Origin: an uncultured candidate division Zixibacteria bacterium | Lineage (GTDB): Bacteria; Zixibacteria; MSB-5A5; UBA10806; 4484-95 | Reading direction: 5' to 3' | Assembly: GCA_963668625.2 (NCBI GenBank) | Contig: CAXXKA010000001.1 | Location: forward strand, 160,001-224,000 | DNA length: 64,000 nucleotides | Shown: piece after piece, positions 59,053 through 64,000 of the stretch | How the letters are laid out: each line of letters opens with the position of its first letter | Numbering within the stretch: the stretch's first letter is position 1 | The notes under the pieces: generated by a model | Told to the model about the DNA's origin: nothing | The model's input: the letters and a program-made list of their open reading frames with translations, nothing else | Database searches by the model: none | Position numbers and translations under genes: made by a program

Positions 59053-60426
59053 ATGTTCAAAATTTTAGAGAAAACGCGACTGACTATACAACATTATGAT
59101 TTATTGAGGCCGAATGACAATGTCCTGATAGCCTTATCAGGAGGGCCGGATTCTGTCGCGATGTTTCATATTCTAAATCTGTTAGCCCCTGAATACGATC
59201 TGAATATCTCTGCAGTACATATCAACCATCAGCTTCGCAAGGAGGCCGATACCGATCAATTGTTCTGCAGACAACTCTGCAAGGCTTATAGATGTAAATT
59301 TCACTCGCGTAAGGTTGATATAAGTAAACTGGCTAAACGCTTGAAAATCGGAACGGAGCAGGCTGGGAGGGAATACCGTTACGGCTATTTCCGATCATTA
59401 TGTGAAAAATATGGCTATAACAAAATAGCTACCGGTCATACCGCTGATGATTCGGCTGAAACTTTCATTTTGAATCTCATCCGCGGCGCCGATTTAGGTG
59501 GGCTCAGGGGCATACCATCAAAACGCGACAATATTATCAGGCCGTTAATAGATTTCCCCAAAAATGAGTTGTTGGTCTTTTTACGGGAAAATAGACTTTC
59601 CTACAGAATCGATAAGTCGAATCAGGGACTTGATTATAATCGTAATGTGGTTCGCAATATTATTATTCCTGCTATGGCAAAGATTAATCCCGCCGTTTCG
59701 GATCATATTAACAAATCCTCCTCCAGCATTAATAAAAACTACGAATTTATCATGGCGGAAACCGAAAAAGCCTATCAAACCTGCCTTGTCAGTAAGTCTA
59801 AGCGCCAAATTGTACTTGACTTAAAGAAACTACCGGTCTATTATGAAAGTTTAGAGTGCTGGGTCCTGTTAGTAGCGTATTCTCAACTAACAGAATCATT
59901 TACGAGGCCCGGAGCGAATAAATTGGAGAGCGTTTTAAGGCTTACGAGAAATGGTTCAGTTGCTTTCCTTGGCGATGGCGTGGTGGTTTGTTATCATGAT
60001 AACAAACTAATTTTATCTAAGCCATCCAGCCCGCTTAAGCGTATAAAACTTAAGAGGAACAGCATTAATAAGTTAACTCGAACCGAATGGCGTATTAAGA
60101 CGGAGATATCGGAGAGGTACGAATTAGAGGCAATCAAAATCAACAGGGACGAAAGTATTGCCTATTTAGATGATGAACTTTTAGGCGAACTTGAGGTAAG
60201 AAGTCCTGAAAAAGGAGATAAATTCAAGCCGTTGGGATTCAGGGGGACTAAAAAGCTAGCTGATTATCTGAATGATAAAAATGTCCCTCACATAAATAAA
60301 CAATCGGTGCCTGTTATCGTATCGGATGGTAAAATCGTCTGGGTGGCCGGTTTCGGTATTTCCGATGATTGCAAAGTAACTGGAACTACTAAACGAGTTT
60401 TGAAATTACAACTTATTAACGGGTAG
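59053..60426 (+). CDS. tilS: tRNA(Ile)-lysidine synthetase
   Basis: ALSGGPDS, HINHQLR, TGHTADDSAET, IIRPL, RNVVR, C-terminal TilS domains; start 59053 or 59041. Confidence 0.95.
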   Translation: MFKILEKTRLTIQHYDLLRPNDNVLIALSGGPDSVAMFHILNLLAPEYDLNISAVHINHQLRKEADTDQLFCRQLCKAYRCKFHSRKVDISKLAKRLKIGTEQAGREYRYGYFRSLCEKYGYNKIATGHTADDSAETFILNLIRGADLGGLRGIPSKRDNIIRPLIDFPKNELLVFLRENRLSYRIDKSNQGLDYNRNVVRNIIIPAMAKINPAVSDHINKSSSSINKNYEFIMAETEKAYQTCLVSKSKRQIVLDLKKLPVYYESLECWVLLVAYSQLTESFTRPGANKLESVLRLTRNGSVAFLGDGVVVCYHDNKLILSKPSSPLKRIKLKRNSINKLTRTEWRIKTEISERYELEAIKINRDESIAYLDDELLGELEVRSPEKGDKFKPLGFRGTKKLADYLNDKNVPHINKQSVPVIVSDGKIVWVAGFGISDDCKVTGTTKRVLKLQLING

Positions 60427-60433
60427 GCAGAGA

Positions 60434-60964
60434 ATGAAAGTATTGATATCGGAGGAGAAATTAGCCTCGAGGATAAAAGCTTTAGCAAAGAAAATCAGGG
60501 CCGATTACAAAGATGAGGTGCCGATTTTCATTGGTATCCTGAAAGGAAGCTTTCTGTTCATGGCCGACCTGGTACGCGAATTCGGCGAGGATTGTCAACT
60601 CGATTTCATGGCAGTAGCCAGCTACGGCGCAAATAAAAAAGGATCGGGGGTTGTCAGGTTAATTAAAGATATTAATATAAATATCAAGAAGAGACGTGTA
60701 TTGATAGTCGAGGATATAATAGACTCTGGACTGACCTCCACCTATGTGAGGCAGTACTTGAAATTAAGAAAACCGAAATCTATTGATTTCGTTACGTTAT
60801 TGGATAAACCTGACGCCAGGAAGATTAAAATTGACTTGAAATATATAGGCTTTAAAGTGCCCAATAAATTCGTAGTCGGGTATGGACTGGATTATGCAGA
60901 ACGATTCCGTCAATTACCTTACATAGCAGAAATGGAAGATGAAGAAGAGGTAAAGAAACTGTGA
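60434..60964 (+). CDS. hpt: Hypoxanthine phosphoribosyltransferase
   Basis: [28 protein letters not shown]. Confidence 0.96.
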   Translation: MKVLISEEKLASRIKALAKKIRADYKDEVPIFIGILKGSFLFMADLVREFGEDCQLDFMAVASYGANKKGSGVVRLIKDININIKKRRVLIVEDIIDSGLTSTYVRQYLKLRKPKSIDFVTLLDKPDARKIKIDLKYIGFKVPNKFVVGYGLDYAERFRQLPYIAEMEDEEEVKKL

Positions 60965-62904
60965 GTTTTAATAAATCGAATAAAAACGAACCGCCGCATA
61001 ATGACGGCCCCGGGAGCAAGAAACCACCGGAGAAAGATCCGCAGTTCAAGTGGCAGAAAAGCTTGCGACCGCTTTTATTCTGGGCCGTGATTTTCATGAC
61101 CGGCTTGCTGTTCTACCAGATACTGGCGGGCGGCGATAAAGACCGTCTGACCGTAAACTATTCCGAGTTTCTCGGTGAGGTCGAGCGTGATAATGTCAAT
61201 AAGGTGACATTCGTGGAAAAGGATATAAACGGCGAATTCCGCGAGAATTTCACTAAAACTATCAATGGCCGAGAGGTAAGCGGAATGAATTTCAGAACCC
61301 GCATACCACTCGAGGATCCCGATCTGGTAAAGTTATTGGGAAAACATAATGTCATCATCGAGGCCGAAACCTCCAGCCATTGGGGAGGCCTGCTCATAAC
61401 AGCCTTACCCTGGCTCATACTGGTGTTCTGGATGATGTTCATGCTCCGGCAGATGCAGGGCGGCGGGCCCAAAGGCTTATTCTCGTTCGGTAAATCCAGA
61501 GCCAAACTCCTGACCGGCCAGCGACCTAAAGTAACGTTCAACGATGTTGCCGGTACCGATGAGGCCAAACAGGAGCTTCAGGAGATAATAGAATTTTTGA
61601 AAGACCCGGCTAAGTTCCAAAAACTCGGCGGTAAGATTCCCAAAGGAGCGCTTCTACTTGGTCCTCCCGGATCGGGCAAGACTTTGCTCGCCAGAGCAGT
61701 CGCCGGCGAGGCGGGCGTGCCGTTTTTCTCGATGTCCGGTTCGGATTTCGTCGAGATGTTCGTAGGCGTTGGCGCTTCGCGAGTTAGAGACCTGTTCGAT
61801 CAGGGCAAGAAAAACGCGCCCTGTATTATTTTCATAGATGAGATCGACGCGGTAGGCCGTCATAGAGGAGCCGGTCTGGGCGGCGGTCATGATGAGCGGG
61901 AACAGACATTGAATCAATTACTGGTTGAGATGGATGGTTTCGAATCCAACGAGGGGGTTATTCTCATCGCTGCAACCAATCGTCCCGATGTTTTAGACCC
62001 GGCTTTACTTCGCCCCGGACGTTTCGACCGTCAGATCGTAGTCGACCAACCTGATGTCAAAGGCCGCGAGGGTATTCTTAAAGTACATGTTCGTAAAATC
62101 AACATATCCGATGAGGTGGACTTGAAAATCCTGGCTCGCGGTACGCCGGGACTCTCCGGCGCCGATCTGGCCAACCTCGTCAACGAGGCGGCATTACTGG
62201 CTGCTCGAAAGGAACATGATAAAGTAGTCATGGATGATTTCGAGGAAGCCAAGGATAAGGTCATGATGGGCACCGAGCGTCGTTCTATGGTTATTTCGCC
62301 CGAGGAGAAAAAGATCACCGCCTATCACGAGGCCGGTCACGCCCTGGTGGGCAAACTGATCAAGAACTCCGATCCGATTCACAAGGTGACAATAATACCG
62401 CGTGGTATGGCTCTGGGCGTCACTCATTACCTGCCCGTGGATGAAAGGCACAATTTATCGAAAGAATATCTCGAAACCAAATTGGTGCACCTGATGGGTG
62501 GTCGTGTTGCGGAGACGCTCGTTTTTAACGAACTAACCACCGGCGCAGGCAACGATCTCGAGAGGGCAACGGGCTTGGCGCGCAAGATGGTGTGCAATTG
62601 GGGAATGTCGGAGAAACTGGGGCCGCTCACTTTCGGCAAGAAAGAAGAGCATATTTTCCTGGGTAAGGAGATTTCCCAGCAACGAGATTTCTCCGAACAG
62701 ACGGCGTTAGATATCGACAGCGAGATAAAGAAGATCGTAATCGCGGCTCAAAAACAGGCCGAGGAATTGCTTTCCGGTAATTTAGATAAACTTCATACTC
62801 TAGCCCAGGCATTGCTGGAGCAGGAAATGCTGACCGGCAATCAGATAGATGAAATATTAAAGGAGAACGAGGAAACTGAAAAAATCACAGAAGAAAAAGA
62901 TTGA
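60961..62904 (+). CDS. ftsH: ATP-dependent zinc metalloprotease FtsH
   Basis: Two [37 protein letters not shown]. Confidence 0.97.
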   Translation: MSFNKSNKNEPPHNDGPGSKKPPEKDPQFKWQKSLRPLLFWAVIFMTGLLFYQILAGGDKDRLTVNYSEFLGEVERDNVNKVTFVEKDINGEFRENFTKTINGREVSGMNFRTRIPLEDPDLVKLLGKHNVIIEAETSSHWGGLLITALPWLILVFWMMFMLRQMQGGGPKGLFSFGKSRAKLLTGQRPKVTFNDVAGTDEAKQELQEIIEFLKDPAKFQKLGGKIPKGALLLGPPGSGKTLLARAVAGEAGVPFFSMSGSDFVEMFVGVGASRVRDLFDQGKKNAPCIIFIDEIDAVGRHRGAGLGGGHDEREQTLNQLLVEMDGFESNEGVILIAATNRPDVLDPALLRPGRFDRQIVVDQPDVKGREGILKVHVRKINISDEVDLKILARGTPGLSGADLANLVNEAALLAARKEHDKVVMDDFEEAKDKVMMGTERRSMVISPEEKKITAYHEAGHALVGKLIKNSDPIHKVTIIPRGMALGVTHYLPVDERHNLSKEYLETKLVHLMGGRVAETLVFNELTTGAGNDLERATGLARKMVCNWGMSEKLGPLTFGKKEEHIFLGKEISQQRDFSEQTALDIDSEIKKIVIAAQKQAEELLSGNLDKLHTLAQALLEQEMLTGNQIDEILKENEETEKITEEKD

Positions 62905-63457
62905 TAAAAAATCTATCGAAGAGGGCGTCAAGCTAATATTAAAGGGTTTGAAGTTAAACGGCGATGAAGAGGGATTGAAAGATACCCCGAGACGTATCGC
63001 AGAGTTCTACGAACAATTCTTTACGGGATTGCAAAGAGACCCGGAGGAAAAGTTAAAACTGTATCGCGCGGAAAACAAGGATGAGATGATTATCGCTCGC
63101 GATATTCATTTCTTCTCCATGTGCGAACATCACTTTTTGCCTTTTTATGGTTATGTGCATATCGCCTATATTCCGGAAAACAACACTATTACGGGTTTTT
63201 CTCGTTTGGTTGATGTTATCGAGACGGTAGCGCGCAAGCCGCAGATACAGGAGCGCATGACTACAGAGATCGCTGAGATTATCATGGATGTGCTTCACCC
63301 AAAAGGCGTGCTCGTTATAGTCGAGGCCGAACAGCTATGCTTGACTATGCGTGGTTTCTCCCAGCCGGGATCGAAAACAGTCAGTTCCGCGATAAGAGGA
63401 ATTTTACGTAAGGATGCCACACGCGCCGAGGCGCTGGCATTGATAAAATCAAAATAG
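62900..63457 (+). CDS. folE: GTP cyclohydrolase I (start upstream of the track's 62948)
   Basis: [31 protein letters not shown]; in-frame upstream [16 protein letters not shown] matches the FolE first helix. Confidence 0.92.
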   Translation: MDKKSIEEGVKLILKGLKLNGDEEGLKDTPRRIAEFYEQFFTGLQRDPEEKLKLYRAENKDEMIIARDIHFFSMCEHHFLPFYGYVHIAYIPENNTITGFSRLVDVIETVARKPQIQERMTTEIAEIIMDVLHPKGVLVIVEAEQLCLTMRGFSQPGSKTVSSAIRGILRKDATRAEALALIKSK

Positions 63458-63505
63458 TCCGATACGCAGCCGGCGCTCGCATCATTTTGGGAACTATATA
63501 CTATT

Positions 63506-64000
63506 ATGAATCAACCGTTACGTTCAGAAAACAGGCCTATGGTAATGGGCATATTAAATGTCACGCCCGATTCGTTTTCGGATGGTGGCAAATTTTACCT
63601 TGCCGATAACGCCGTGGCTCAGGCTCATTCGATACAGGAGCAGGGCGCTGATATTATAGATATCGGGGGCGAATCGACTCGACCGGGCGCCGCGGAAGTG
63701 TCGGTTGAGGATGAGATCAGCCGCGTGGTTCCGATTATCGAAACACTGAAAAAAAAACTCAGCATTCCCGTCTCGATCGATACGCGCAAAGCCGAAGTTG
63801 CCGAGAAAGCTTGCCTCGCGGGAGCATCGATCATAAATGATGTTTCGGGATTGGTTAATGATGAGGATATTGCAAAGGTCGCGGCTGAATTCAATACATA
63901 TTTGGTGTTGATGCACATGCGGGGTACCCCCGGCGATATGCAAAGTGATCTTCACTATGATGATTTGATCGGCGAGATTTCAGAATTTCTGGCAGATGCC
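63506..64000 (+). CDS. folP: Dihydropteroate synthase (partial, runs off the window)
   Basis: VMGILNVTPDSFSDGG, IIDIGGESTRPG, SIDT.K, INDVSG, LMHMRG. Confidence 0.95.
   Translation, partial: MNQPLRSENRPMVMGILNVTPDSFSDGGKFYLADNAVAQAHSIQEQGADIIDIGGESTRPGAAEVSVEDEISRVVPIIETLKKKLSIPVSIDTRKAEVAEKACLAGASIINDVSGLVNDEDIAKVAAEFNTYLVLMHMRGTPGDMQSDLHYDDLIGEISEFLADA

Overview
Bacterial chromosomal window, mostly + strand genes, from a diderm (lolC/E-lolD, outer-membrane barrels, several secreted proteins with a 'YPNPFN...SGxYF...KMxLLK' T9SS/FlgD-like C-terminal domain). An FCB-associated lineage such as Zixibacteria is my inference, not a database result. Housekeeping genes: rnr, dgt, holA, pcm, lysS, lolC/E-lolD, mcsA-mcsB-clpC, rpmA, split class I fumarase, tilS-hpt-ftsH-folE-folP. 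Accessory content: an ECF sigma/anti-sigma pair, a poly-gamma-glutamate operon (pgsB-pgsC-pgsW plus a secreted protein and an OM barrel), a sigma54-type minor-pilin cluster, a dinB-dnaE2 cassette with an SOS-like box, secreted peptidases and REP-like intergenic repeats. The top finding is a complete IS110-family element (about 13436-14719) inserted into the Shine-Dalgarno of an M14 carboxypeptidase gene. Its ~235-nt left end folds by eye into a bridge-RNA-like structure with two parallel loops. One loop carries AAAGGAGAT (the target), the other ATAGGAG and ACCAT (the donor junction). Joining the two ends creates a TAGACT-N17-TACGAT promoter. I saw no CRISPR array, tRNA or rRNA. All RNA folds and family assignments are by eye.
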